Source: Octopus vulgaris
Lineage: Eukaryota
Reading direction: 5' to 3'
Length of the DNA: 64,000 nucleotides
NCBI GenBank assembly: GCA_951406725.2
Contig: OX597821.1
Location: 115,506,001-115,570,000, forward strand
Shown one piece after another: positions 50,862 to 64,000 of the stretch (the stretch's first letter is position 1; every line of letters begins with the position of its first letter). A model generated the notes under the pieces. The model was not told the DNA's origin. It saw nothing but the letters and a program-made list of their open reading frames with translations, and searched no databases. Made by a program: the position numbers and the translations under genes.

Positions 50862-51072
50862 AAGGCAGCAAGCTGGCAGGATTGTTAACATGTCAGGTAA
50901 AATATTTGGTGGCATTTCATTTGTCTTTACATTCGGAGTTCAAATTCCAATGAGGTCGATCTTACCTTTCATTGTTTGGGGTTGATAACATAAGTAGAAC
51001 ACTGGGTCAATGTAATCAACATACCCCCCTCTCCCAAACTTGCTGGCCTTGTGCCAAAATTTGAAACCAATA
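50862..51072 (+). mobile_element. Decayed tRNA-derived SINE
   Basis: ggcagcaagctggcagg head and ccttgtgccaaaatttgaaacc tail. Confidence 0.75.
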
Positions 51073-51803
51073 TTAAAGAAACTAGAAACACCAGCCTCTT
51101 TACATATTTTTTGTAATTAATAGGAGAATCAAATTTACATTAACATAGTAATACTAACTTTATGAGTAATTAGTTGTTCATTATACTAACTTTATGAGTA
51201 ATTAGTTGTTCATTACATTCTCATATTAAATGGAGCTGAATTGAATTGAATTATACCGAAATTCACTGAGACATTTCTAAACTGACATTTAGGCTTTTCT
51301 TTACAAACCTATTCATCAGTCTAATTCACACATTCAGCCTACTCTCCTTTACACAATTCTGAATCTTGTACATTTTACTACTTTTCCTGTCTATTGTATT
51401 ACACCAGTCACCGAGTTAACCTTTAAAGAAAACAGAAATATCATCGCATAATATGAACTCAATGAGACCCATTCGATACAATTCCAACAAAACACTAGAT
51501 GGAACCACTCAATCATAAATTTGACATTTATTTAAAATACAGTGCAAACTTTTACAGCCAGACAAAACAAATATCCATTTCTTTAACATCTTGCAAACAT
51601 AATGGTTCAGTTAATTTCGAGTCAATATGAAATATTTCTGAATTGACTTCAGTGTTTTGCCAAACAAAAATTTTTACACAAGATGGTTGTACTAAGATAA
51701 AACTGATTATTTAGCTACTCTCATGTAAAATAACAAAATGTTGTTTTACAGGCTACAAAAGTGAAATGCATATTGGTGCAACATAGGGAATAAACCGTTG
51801 CTT

Positions 51804-51807
<4 letters not shown>

Positions 51808-51871
<64 letters not shown>
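51808..51871. repeat. (CT)n microsatellite
   Basis: Directly visible. Confidence 0.97.
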
Positions 51872-51878
<7 letters not shown>

Positions 51879-51934
51879 TGCCTTCTGCCTATTTCACCAA
51901 ACCTGCAGTATACCTGAAAATATATACACTTGCA

Positions 51935-52327
51935 TCTCTTTTACTTGTTTCAGTCATTACACTGTGGCAATATTGGGGCATTACTTTAAAAAATTTTAGT
52001 TGAATGAATCAACCATAGTATTTATTTATTTATTTTTTAAGCCTGATAATTATTCAATTAATTCTTTTGCTGAACTGCTAAGTTACAGGGACATAAACTC
52101 ACAAGCACTGATTGTCAAGCAATAGTGGGGGACAAACACAGACACAAAGACACACATATATACCCATATATATGATGGGCTTCTTTCAGTTTCTGTCTAC
52201 CAAATCCACTCACAAAGCTCTGGTCAGCCTGAGGCTATAGTAGTAGACACTTGCCCAAGGTACCATGCAGTGGGACTGAACCTGGTACGATGTGACTGGA
52301 AAGCAAGCTTCTTACTATACAGCTGCC
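51935..52327 (-). mobile_element. CORE-type SINE
   Basis: Same family as 40960-41350; further copies at 53070-53403 and 62815-63170. Confidence 0.82.
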
Positions 52328-52408
52328 TTTTGGTAAATGTGTGAGTAAAATAAATTTACTTACTTATCTGTGTGTGTGTGTGTAAAATAAATATGTAATA
52401 TTTATATA

Positions 52409-52769
52409 CTAGCACTATGACCCAGCAACGCTGGGTCACAGTGCTAGTGCATGCATATACAGCTGTGTCCGTGCGCACATACATGTGAGTACTGTCCAAA
52501 TCTCCGACCAATCACATACAGTTAGCTGGCATTCAATTGGCGTATCAAGTTTCGGGCATTTTGATTGGGTTTTGGATAGAAAATTCACAAAAAGTCACTT
52601 CTATTGATTTTTTAATGGCTTTGCAGGGTGACTGGGGAAATGTAAAGATGTGCACGACCACCCTTGGACGGTTTTGAATGACCATAGAAAGTGTGAGCCC
52701 TCTAAATGAAAAATTGTGGATTTGTATAAAGGACACACACACAGACATTTTGCTGTTTATACATATAGA
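52409..52769 (-). mobile_element. Non-autonomous Helitron (family H2)
   Basis: Copy of 3783-4153. Confidence 0.85.
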
Positions 52770-53004
52770 TATATATATATATCTTTTATCTTTTACTAGT
52801 TTCAGCAAAAGGCTGCGGCCTTGCTGGAGCACTGCCTTTCAATGTAATAGGATTTCCTTTCTGTACTGTATTTGGTGAAATTGGATGGAGTTGCTCTTCT
52901 TTGTGCCTCCTGCTACAAAGTGGTTTCATCTGGTATTTCACACAGAAATTTGTCCAGACACTCTTTGAAGACCTCTAAATCCACACCTCACAAATCATAT
53001 TTGC

Positions 53005-53068
<64 letters not shown>

Positions 53069-53579
53069 TTTAGCCTGTGACCATGCTGGGGCACTGCCTT
53101 GAAGAATTTTTAACTGAATGCATTGACCCTAGAGCTTATTTTTTTAAAAACTTGGTACTTATTCTAATGGTCTCTTTTGCTGAAACGCTAAGTTACGGGG
53201 ATATAAACAAACCAACACTGGTAATCAAGCACACACACTTGACAGATTTCTTTCAGTCTCCATTAGCCAAATCCACTCACAAGGATTGGGTTGGCCTTAA
53301 GCTGCAGTAGGGAGATACTTGCTCAAAGTGCTATGCAGTGGGATTGAATGTGGGACCATGTGGTTGGGAAGTAAATTTTTTTTACCATGCACCCACACCT
53401 GTATAATGTCATATATCATCATCATCATCATCACCCTTTAACATCTGTTTTCTACGCAGAGTAAAGAGTGAGTACAAGAGGAATCTAGGTTAGCAGATAC
53501 AGAGACAATTAGACAAATAAACAAATTTGGTTATTTGTATAATTGTCTCCCTCTCTGTCTCTCTCTCTTTCTCTCTATA

Positions 53580-54455
53580 TCATCATCATCATCACCATCG
53601 TTTAACGTCTGCTTTCCATGCTGGCATGGGTTGGACGGTTTGACTGAGGACTGGTGAGCCAGATGGCTGCACCAGGCTCCAATCTGATCTGGCAGAGTTT
53701 CTACAGCTGGATGCCCTTCCTAACGCTAACCACTCTGAGAGTGTAGTGGGTGCTTTTATGTGACCCCGGCACGAGCGCCAGTCAGGCAGTACTGGCAATG
53801 GCTACGCTCAAATGGTGTTTTTTACGTGCCACCTGCACAGGAGCCAGTCGAGCGGAACTGGCAACGACCTCACTTGAATGATGTTTTTCATGTGCCACTG
53901 GTAGCAATCACGCATGAATGGTGCATTTTATATGCCACCACACACATAAATATATATATACATGTAGAAATGTTGGGCCTCACAGAGGCAAAATTATTGA
54001 GTTCCTTTTGAGTGTTGAGCCTCATGGAGGTAAAGTGGCTGAGTTTCTTTTGAGTGTTGGGCCTAATGGAGGCAAGGTGACTGAGTTCCTTTTGAGTGCA
54101 CCTCACGGAGGCAAGGTGGCTGAGTTCCTTTCAAGTGTTGGGCCTTATGGGGACAAAATGGCTGAGTTCCTTTTGAGTGTTGGGCCTCGTGGAAGCAATG
54201 ACCAAGACCTTTGGCATTATGTCATGTTTGAGAAGAAGACCCATCAAGCTGAGCAAAATCGCAGTCATGGCAGAAACTAGTGTCACGTAAAAGTACCCAT
54301 TACACTCTTGGAGTGGTTGGTGTTAGGAAGGGCATTCAGCCATAGAAAACTATGCCAAATCAGACTGGATCCTGGCGCAGCCTTCCAGTTTGACAGCCCA
54401 GTCAAACTCTCCAACCCATGCCAGCATGGACAACGGACATTAAATGATGATGATA
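53580..54455. mobile_element. Two divergent (ATG)n-tailed SINE/RTE tails; the + copy contains an about 42-bp minisatellite (53970-54195)
   Basis: gagttccttttgagtgttgggcct..ggaggcaaggtggct occurs about five times; tails at 53580 (-) and 54450 (+). Confidence 0.8.
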
Positions 54456-54694
54456 ATTATATATGTATATAATTAAGATTCAGTTAAATTAGGTTCTTAA
54501 ATTGAGGCACCTTACTAGCTCGGTATAATTTGCACACTTCAACAATTTTACTTGAATATTGAATATCAAGACTCTATGTAGGGGCTGTTGTACCTAATAT
54601 TCCTGCTGTGTGTGCAGACAATGCAACCCAGCTAAGTGAAGATATCTGTTCTTGGTAATTCAGACATGTACTTTTTGTATATTTTTTATATAAA

Positions 54695-55108
54695 GAACCT
54701 TGGATCGTAGAGTGACCCACTGTTCTTGAGGAGACCTATTGAGTCAAGTACACCAACATCAAAATAAAAATTCAAATGGAAATTGTAGTTAAGACACCCG
54801 TGCCGGTGACATGTAAAAAGCACCATCCGAATGTGGCAGATGCCAGCGCCGCCTGACTGGCGACCGTGTCGATGACACGTAAAGGTACCAACCGACCGTT
54901 GTCGTTTGCCAGCCTGCTCTAGCCCCTGTGCTGGTAGCACGTAAAAAACACCCACTACACTCACGGAGTGGTTGGCATTAGGAAGGGCATCCAGTTGTAG
55001 AAACACTGCCAAGTCAGACTAGAGCCTGGTGCAGCCTCCATGGCTTACCAGACCCTGGTCGAACCGTGCAACCCATGCTAGCATGGAAAACAGACGTTAA
55101 ATGATGAT
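54695..55108 (+). mobile_element. (ATG)n-tailed SINE/RTE 3' UTR
   Basis: Family modules and 3' end. Confidence 0.82.
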
Positions 55109-55164
55109 ATACTTTCCATAGTATTTCTAAAGTGCAGATCCCAAGTTAGGTGAACAGAATATAA

Positions 55165-55597
55165 ATAAGTAACAAAGATGTTCAGGTGTCCGTTCATTAT
55201 GGCCATTTCAAGTGGCTCCATTTAATTGATTAATGAGAACATTACATCAATTTGAAAGAAACTGCTCTCTTCAGATGACTGCATAGGCATCAAACATAAA
55301 GGATAAACCATTTTTTAAATACAAATTTACATCAATAATGGAAACCAAAATATTTACATTGTTTCCTTTTGTTATATTTTTGGCAAATGATAACAAGAGG
55401 AGACAATGTAAATATTTTGGTTTCCATTATTGATGTAAATTTGTATTTAAAAAATGGTTTATCCTTTATGTTTGATGCCTATGCAGTCATCTGAAGAGAG
55501 CAGTTTCTTTCAAATTGATGTAATGTTCTCATTAATCAATTAAATGGATCCACTTGAAATGGCCGTAATGAACGGACACCTGTACATCTTTGTTACT

Positions 55598-55600
<3 letters not shown>
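55165..55600. repeat. About 436-nt near-perfect palindrome (long hairpin)
   Basis: Arms are reverse-complementary with about 5 differences, an uninterrupted stretch of about 145 bp, and a loop near 55380. Confidence 0.95.
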
Positions 55601-55637
<37 letters not shown>

Positions 55638-56859
55638 ACATCTACTAGATAAATGAGAGTGTTTGTGGTTATGTATTTGTGTTTAGCCCCAAAAGGATGA
55701 AAGCCTCTGACATGATGCTTCCTCAAGAAAAAGAAATTTGACTTTTGAAATCTGTATCCTAAAGAGAAAGTTATCTGTAAATAATAATCAAAAAATATAA
55801 TTTACTATGAGAAATAATTCAACTTTGAGATTGCCAAATTTCCCCACTCCCTATCTGTCACCCACACACACTCTCTCTCTCTCTCTTTTATACCCCCTCC
55901 CTCTCTCTCAATATATTTACCACACTCTTTATCTCTCTGTCTGAAAATCTGAAAATATATATCTCTCTTACATGCTGCTCCTCTCTCTCTCTCTCTCTCT
56001 CTCTCACTTCATATGACATGCAATTGCTTTAATTTTGTTTAAAACTTTGTCTTGTAATGTTTAGTTTCATTTTAATATATACAGCTATTGTGCACATAAT
56101 GCTAGGTTCCAAATCCTGTTTCCTGATTGACTAAAAATGATCGAATTTTAAACTAAAAAATTTTTCTAGAATAAATGAATCATAAAATTGGATTTTGCAT
56201 GAAAAAGTATGGCAATATATCGAATTTGAAAATTTTCACTTGATTTCAAAATTTCTAAATCTGTATCTCTCTCTATTTAACTATCTTTTTCACTGCAGGA
56301 AATTGTTGTTGACAAAGAACAGCAGAAATTGTATTCACCTCAATAGACGTCATTGATTGGTTGAAATTGCCGAAATGCAAGAAATTTAACAACAAATAGC
56401 TTACAAACTACAGAATTTTCTCAAGAAAGCCAAGAGAAAAAGATATTTTATGTAACACATTCTACCAGTATGCGAAGTATAAAAGTGTTTAGTTACAAAG
56501 AAATTATTTTAAAAATCTGCTGGTCAAAGTGAAAAGATCCATCGGAATTAATATTCTAAATACCATAACTTAGGTCATAGTGGCATTTTTTCGGCCAAAA
56601 TAACTTCCAATTATGAAAAAAATTGATAAAACTACATACATAACCATTTCCCCCTCTAATACAATCTACTTTCCTCTTGCTACTACCATAGCAAATCCTT
56701 TTAAATTGCTACTTCCTCTTTTCAACGTTTACGAACGATCCAAGAAAAAAGACAGAAAGAAAGGAAGGAAAAACAGTGAGAGTCAAATAAACACACAGAC
56801 TACCAATCCTACATAAATACACACATATATCTACACATATAAATGTACCTATGGTTACC

Positions 56860-58760
56860 AATGACCTCATTCTAATTGGCGGGAATTGTAAGTTCACTTC
56901 CCATTTCTAACAGCGAAGTCTTGAGCTGAATGTTAATATCCCATTACCAATCTTAAGGAGCTTGTATGATCCCCTTGTAGAAGTACACTGATGTTGCTTG
57001 TAAGATGAAGTTTTTCACATCTCTCCAAAGGTATGATTTTTTGAAGTATACATTGACCTCATCAGCTTTTGATCCTTTGGGGATATCTGGCAATCATCTT
57101 CATCATCATCATCATCATCATTTAACGTCCCCTTTCCTTGCTAGCATGGGTTGGACGATTTGACTGAGGTCTGGCGAACTAGACTCCAGTCTGATCTGGC
57201 AGAGTTTCTACAGCTGGATGCCCTTCCCAACGCCAACATTCCAAGAGTGTAGTGGGTGCTTTTACGTGCCACCGGCACGAGGGCCAGTTTGGTGGTACTG
57301 GCAACGGCTACGCCCAAATGGTGCTTTTTACGTGCCACCTGCACAGGAGCCAGTCCAGCGGCACTGGCAACGACCTCACTCGAATGTTTCATGTGCCGCC
57401 ATCACAAGTGCTAGTAAGGCGACGCAGGTAACGATCACGCTTGAATGGTGTGTTTAATGTGCCATCGGCATGAAGGCCAGCTTGTTGCTCTGGCAACGAT
57501 CTCACTCGTATGGTACTCTTAGCACTCCACTAGCAACGGATGCCAGTCACCGAGTTTGATTTCGACGATGAAAATCTCCTGCAAGAAGAACAGAGCATAC
57601 TATTGTTTTTGATGTTTTGGAGTGTACAGCCAAATGCCTCTGGAGCTCCATGATGTGTCAGTGCACTCATCCCAAACAATGAGGCAAGTCTATTGAAGAA
57701 TTGTTGCCATTGCAGAAGTTTTGGAAATGTTGCACATTTGAGATTCTTTCATTGCAAGGTTAAGAGGGATCTTGGACAGGGAATGAGCAGTTCTACCACT
57801 ATTAAAGAGGGTAACTGCAATACCAGAAGATGCATCACTGGAAGAAGTTTAGATTTTATTTCCTCCCATTTAAGATTGCAGGTGAAAGTGACAAAAAGAT
57901 TTGGTTTTCCATGTCATAGCATATTGTGTTTGCTTGTGCATATATCAAGGACCACCTGTCAATGATGATGGGAGGATTACAAGTTGCCCCATGTTTTGAA
58001 TATCACCATCTGTCCTCAGAGCATCTTGGAGATGAACATAATTTTTGGCCCTTAACTTTTTTTGATTGTTACGAATGTAGAGGAGACACTGACTCTCAAC
58101 TTTAACATAAACTAGCACTATGACACACATACACACGAGTCCTGTCCAATCACATACAGCTAGCTGGCATTCAATTGGCGTATCAAGTTTCGGGCATTTT
58201 GATTGGGTTTTGGATAGAAAATTCACAAAAAAGTCACTTCTATTGATTTTTTAATGGCTTTGCGGGGTGACTGGGGAAATGTAAAGATGTGCACGACCAC
58301 CCTTGGACGGTTTTGAATGACCATAGAAAGTGCGAGCCCTCTAACTGAAAAATTGTGGATTTGTATAAAGGACACACACACACAGACAGACATTTTGCCG
58401 TTTATATATAGAGAGAGATCAACCAGGTACTGCTGAAACAGATCATGATACATGTGTAATTGATTTGATTGTTCTTGTCTTAACATCAGTTGGTAAGAAT
58501 AGAAGTCATCCGATGAAACATCTCTGTTTGTAATTGATTCTCCTGTTGCAGGTTCAATCTGTGGAATATTGAAATGACATCCATGTTGTCCATTCCACAG
58601 AATACAAGGATACTGGAGAGCATTATAAAAGGGATGAGTCTCTAAACACGTTTAAGGTTGTTATCTCAAGTATGAATGAGAATATCACGATTTTCATGGG
58701 GATCACCCACCATAAGGATGGCTACTTCATTAGATGTGAGCTCATTAAAACAGCATAAAA
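56860..58760 (-). mobile_element. Decayed autonomous-type Helitron (Rep N-terminal region joined to helicase), with nested SINE (57095-57570) and Helitron H2 (58112-58418)
   Basis: HPFYNALQYP, LFQQYLVD, NQKKLRAKNY, ILPSSLTGGP; then ASSGIAVTL..GRTAHS..KIP, IVWDE and LPDIPKGSKADEV. Confidence 0.88.
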
Positions 58761-60037
58761 TGTCCTTTACTCTGATTTACTATAGATGTAATGTACACAG
58801 AAATACATACACACTCACAGACACATAGAATTGATAATATTGAAAACAGCAAAATATACAGACAAAATGTTCCAGCAAAATGAAATGTAGCCAATATAGG
58901 GGCAGAACACACTTTCTGTAGCATAGTTTTGCTATAAAAATTTTTTTAGGGAATACTTCCAAAAGAAATATTCCAGTGTTGGAAAGTCACCAATTTAGCA
59001 GAAAGGACTGTGCATCACCCATGTAACAAAGTACAGAAAGTCAACATTTATTTGGAACATGTACTAAATGTTATAAAATTCATTGATTGAATGTCACAGT
59101 GAAGAAAGTCAAGCTCCAAGAAAATTCAGAAGGCACAATTTAATATTTCATGCAAAAATAATTTGTTATTTTACAATTTTTAAACAAATACTGAAAAAAG
59201 TCTGTACAAAGGAATATGTTGCTGTTGTAAACGTTAATTTAAAACAGTTTGCTGAAGGACGTATGTAGGAAGACACTAATTAATTTGACATCACTTACGA
59301 TATATAATTAATCTGACATCACTTACTATATATTCTAAATGTGTAAAGTTACAGACTATAGAATAAATACTGACTAATGCAGTAAAATGTTTGTGTGGTG
59401 TTGAACTCACCCTAATAAAGCAGCTTAGCAGGATGCTAGGACTGTTAAATACGTATTATCTTCAAACTGGTTATAAGAACTAGAATAACATTTCTGTAGT
59501 GTCTGGGGAGAGTCATTTTCTTTTTGTGCCTTATTATGTAACACACTCACCGGTAAAATTTCCACTTTTTTCTTATTTTTATTGTCCTAAAATTTTCGTT
59601 GCGTCTTGCAACCTTTTCAATAGTTTTGACTCTCAACCTTTTCAATAGGTTTGACTCTCTATATAAAGAATCTTGCAAGCCAAATCCAAAAACGAAATAT
59701 TTCTGTAATTATCCTGAAAGAGCTGCTAAGGCTTTCGACTTTGCAAGTTTCAGAATTTGTTATAATAACCAGAATAACATTTTTCCCTAGATATATTTGT
59801 GAGTGTTGTGAGAGCTGTCAAATCAACCAAGTCTTCACATTGGTTATAAAAACCAAAATGGTATTTCAGCACATAAGTAGTGATAATCATTAATGGTGCT
59901 TAAACTACAACTCTCCGTGATGAAGAGGAAAATCCAAATAGTGGTACTTCAAAGTGAATGCTGCTGTTCATTTAAAATCCAAGCCACAACTAAATTCTTT
60001 CAAAACTGGTGTGTTTTACTGTTGGGTGGTACAGTCA

Positions 60038-60210
60038 CATCATCATCATCATCATCATCATCGTTTAACGTCCGCTTTCCAAGCTAGCTTGGGTTGGACG
60101 ATTTTGACTGAGGGCTGGCGAACCAGATGACTGCACCAGGCTCCAATCTTGATTTGGCAGAGTTTCTACAGCTGGATGCCCTTCCTAATGCCAACCACTC
60201 TGAGAGTGTA
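60038..60210 (-). mobile_element. 5'-truncated (ATG)n-tailed SINE
   Basis: (CAT)n plus the family end. Confidence 0.82.
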
Positions 60211-60470
60211 ACATATACTAAGACAGATACACACAGACATGCATTCCTGCACACCTCAGGCCTAACTCTGTCCCTCTATGTGTCTGTCTCTGTCTTTAGA
60301 TGTGTGTGTGTTTGTGTCATCACAAAAATGTATGAATACTGACTGACACATACACCATCACATACATTCACACACATATACTTCTCAGTCATTGGCCTAA
60401 CATACGTAATGAATGCACACACACACACACACACTGACAGACACATACACACTAATATAGAAAATGTGAT

Positions 60471-60811
60471 GTGGTGGGGGTGGGGGTGGTATAAAATGTT
60501 GTTTACGACAAGTTTACTTATAGAAAGTTATAATGTTAAATTTTTGTATTGCAAATATGTAAATGAAAATAAAGTTTATTTGGTAACCAAAAGATGACTG
60601 AATTTTTTGATACCCCATACATCAAAATCGGCAACTAAGTTTTCAAATGCATAAGGAATACACACACACACAAGCTCAGCTTTATATATGTAGATAACTA
60701 CTCCTTCTTTCCTGAGCATCCAATAATACTATATTTGTTCCATGTCCTCGCGTTGTGTTTTCTCTTTGTGTTTTCATGTTTGGATTAACTTTATATATAT
60801 ATGTATGTATG

Positions 60812-60864
<53 letters not shown>

Positions 60865-61118
60865 GTATGTATGTATGTATGTATGTATGTATAAAGCAGA
60901 GTTTGAGCATGTGTGTGTGTTCCTTATGCATTCAAAAACTTAGTTGCCGATTTTGATGTATGCGGTATCAAAAGATTCAGTAATCTTTCGGCTACCAAAT
61001 AAACTTTATTTTTATTTACATATTTGCATTACAAAAATTTACCATTATAATCTTTCTATGAGTCAACTATTGTAAACGACACTTTATACTACCGCTGCCA
61101 CTGCCACCGCCACCACCA
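60471..61118. repeat. Inverted repeat with about 215-bp arms around a (TA)n-containing spacer
   Basis: 60471-60686 is an imperfect reverse complement of 60890-61118. Confidence 0.88.
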
Positions 61119-62231
61119 CTCACTCCTTTGAGATATTGGTTAATTTTATGCCATGTCCATATCTAATTCTAACAAGACTATTTTGAATTGTGTCAAACTC
61201 TAGTAGCTTAGTATAGAAGAATTAGTGATAGAAATTTTATGTCGTAATCTTCTTTGACAGTTTTCTTTTGACTTATAAATGTACTGTAAATATTAAATGA
61301 AAGTAATTAAACTAATTTAGTAAATAGTTCTTCTTTCTCCATTTTCTTCAACCTGTTAACGAAATTTTGTGTAATGAAACTGTCGGCTATTTTCAATATA
61401 AAATTTTATATATTTCTCACAAGGGGCCCCAGTTTTATAATGTGGGGATTTACCTATTCTATCACGTCGGTTGGTCACTACTTTTATAATGATGAGTTAC
61501 CACTTTTATAAGGGTGTTTTATCTAGTTTATAATGGGGCTGAGATTATTTTATTTATATGTCACCAATTTATAACGTGTCCGAACTTGGAAAAGATAATA
61601 AATGTTTATTGAGTGATAAACGTATCTATGGTGATAAATCTGTCACTTATAACTTAATTATAAGTATTATCATTATATAAATCTTAACTCAGGCTGCGTA
61701 AACACTGTGATGAATTATATACACCAACACGCTGAAATGCACATATATGTTGAAGATAAATAAAGCTTGCTCTTTTTCACTGCTATAATAACAGTTTCAC
61801 ATAGTTGCAGAAATAAATTTCATTAACAGGTTGAAGAAAATGAAGAAAGAGAAATTATTTACTAAATTAGTTTCTTTACACCCACTACACTCACGGAGTG
61901 GTTGGCGTTAAGAAGGGCATCCAGCTGTAGAAACACTGCCAAATCAGACTAGAGCCTGGTGCAGCCTCCATGGCTTCCAGGCCCTGGTCGAACCGTCCAA
62001 CCCATGCTAGCACAGAAAACGGACGTTAAATGATGATGATGATGACTTTCATTTAATATTTACAGTACATTTACAAGTCAAAAGAAAACTGTTGTAGAGG
62101 ATTACGTCATAAAATTTATATCACTAATCCTTCCATACTAAGCTACTAGAGTTTGACACAATTCAAAATAGTCTTGTTGGAATTAGATATGCACATGGCA
62201 TAAAAATAACCAATATCTCAAAGGAGTGAGT
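61118..62231. repeat. Inverted repeat with about 250-bp arms; right arm split by a SINE (61875-62045)
   Basis: 61118-61368 is the reverse complement of 61817-61873 plus 62045-62231. Confidence 0.88.
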
Positions 62232-62254
62232 ATTGTGGAAATGGTTGTCACTCA

Positions 62255-62705
62255 TTTCCACGACACTTCACCACCTCAGCCTAGGTCTTCCTGGGTCTAC
62301 CTCTTCCACAAGTTCCCTCAACCGCTAGGGTGTAGCACTTTTTCATACAGTTATACACATCCATTCTCACCATGTGACCATACCAGCGCAGTCGTCTCTC
62401 TTGCACACCACATCTGATGCTTCTTAGGTCCAACTTTTCTCTCAAGGCACTTATACTCTGTCGAGTATGCACACTAACATTACACACAGTGGAACATACT
62501 GGCTTCATTCCTTGCAAGCTTACGCATGTCCTCAGCAATCACAGCCCATGTTTCACTGCCATGTAGCATGGCTGTTCGTACACATGCATCATACAGTCTA
62601 CCTTTTACTCTGAGTGAGAGGCCCTTTGTCACCAGCAGAAGTAGGAGCTCTCTGAACTTTGCCCAGGCTATTCATATTCTAGTAGCTACACTTTCAGAGC
62701 ACCAT
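62255..62705 (-). mobile_element. RTE LINE 3' fragment
   Basis: LREKLDLRSIRCGVQERRLRWYGHMVRMD..EGTCGRGRPRKT. Confidence 0.88.
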
Positions 62706-63544
62706 TCCATGTAAGAATTGAAAAGCAAAAGTAAAATGATGTTGATAATGGTACACAATAACTGGGTAATGACAACCTTTATTATGAAAAAGCAAAAAGG
62801 GGATCTTTTATCTATGACTCATTTCAGTCATTGAACTGTAGCCATACTGGGGACCACCTTGAAAGGTTTAATCAAACAAATCCCAGTTCTTATTCTATTG
62901 GTCTCTTTTGTCAAACTACTATGTTACAAGAACATGAACAAACCAGCACCTGTTGTCACATGGTGGGTGAAGGCAAACAAAAATACACACATAGATGTAT
63001 ACACATACGACAGGCTTCTTTTATTTTCTTTCTACCAAACCCATTCACAAGGCTTTGGTCAGCCAGGTGCTATAGTGGAACACTTGCCTAAGGTGCCTTG
63101 CATTAGGGTTGAACTCAGAGCCATGTGTTTGGGAAGCAAAATTCTTACAACCCACCCACATCTGAACCTATGTTGTGGATAGAGATTCTGGAAATCTTTT
63201 GTATTGAGTAAATTGGACTGCAAAACATGGCTTTCGCTTCTTATTACTTGGCTACCAACTGGAGAGACTGCAAAATGCATTCATGCAACAAATAACCTCA
63301 GTGAGAAACCTGAGTGCCCTTACAAAGATTGTTTCAAAGACTTCTAAGATGCTTATACCTTTCTAGCAATGCATATCAGTACCAAAACTGATGATAGCTG
63401 CATAGTCTTTAGTAATTCTAGTTGTCACATATACAAGAGCCTCTACATGGTCGCTCACCTGTTAGAAATAGCAGTCAAAATCTTAAATCACTCTACTACC
63501 TTAAAAATGAAAGTACACCTTTGATACTGTAATCCTAGATACAT

Positions 63545-63952
63545 ACCTATTTCTTTATTGCCCACAAGGGGCTAAACACAGAGAGGACAAACGGATTAAG
63601 TCAGTTATATCGACCCCAGTGCGTAACTGGTACTTAATTTATCAACCCCAAAAGGATGAAAGGCAAAGTTGACCTCGGCGGAATTTGAACTCAGTACGTA
63701 ACGGCAGACGAAAAATACCTATTTCTTTACTACCCACAAGGGGCTAAACACAGAGAGGACAAACAAGGACAGACAAACGGATTAAGTCGATTATATTGAC
63801 CCTAGTGCGTAACTGGTACTTATTTAATCGACCCCGAAAGGATGAAAGGCATAGTCGACCTCGGCGGAATTTGAACTCAGTACATAGCGGCTGACGAAAT
63901 GCCACTAAGCATTTCGTCCGGCGTGCTACCAATTCTGCCAGCTCACCGCCTT
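63545..63952 (-). mobile_element. tRNA-derived SINE with duplicated 3' portion
   Basis: Reverse complement of the 37356 family, two units. Confidence 0.88.
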
Positions 63953-64000
63953 GATACATACCATCTGAACAAAACAAAGACAGGATGATCACAGCTGGAA

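Noticed and set aside
59585-59635. Minus-strand CTATTGA..GTTGC-aagac-GCAAC-GAAA motif
   Set aside because: The hairpin is real, but the core is non-canonical, so it cannot be called a ribozyme.

Overview
This is AT-rich, repeat-saturated eukaryotic (metazoan) genomic DNA, not a prokaryotic locus. The SINE, LINE and Helitron families and the (TA)n, (ATC)n and (AAT)n tracts look like an octopod cephalopod (Octopus) genome; that assignment is an inference from repeat recognition. Almost all ORFs in the track are spurious or come from transposons. The only credible host gene is a spliced minus-strand gene. Three phase-compatible exons (24089-23973, 20503-20415, 17784-17374) and a tentative upstream exon (40911-40732) encode a protein with an AKAP7-like amphipathic helix that may bind PKA regulatory subunits. 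The rest consists of decayed RTE, CR1-like, CRE-like and R4-like LINEs; pogo, Tc1/mariner, hAT, piggyBac and Merlin-like DNA transposons or MITEs; many Helitrons; three abundant SINE families; and a tRNA-Asp-like pseudogene. Two signals stand out. (1) Hammerhead-ribozyme cores occur inside repeats, including a tRNA-headed SINE with a hammerhead-like tail arranged as a zero-spacer head-to-head palindrome (15317-15870) and a nearly canonical type I core at 18793-18880. (2) There is an unusual density of long inverted repeats (55165-55600, 35438-35498, 60471-62231, 46892-48509, 25140-25977) that could form dsRNA. Coordinates were counted by eye, so repeat boundaries are approximate.
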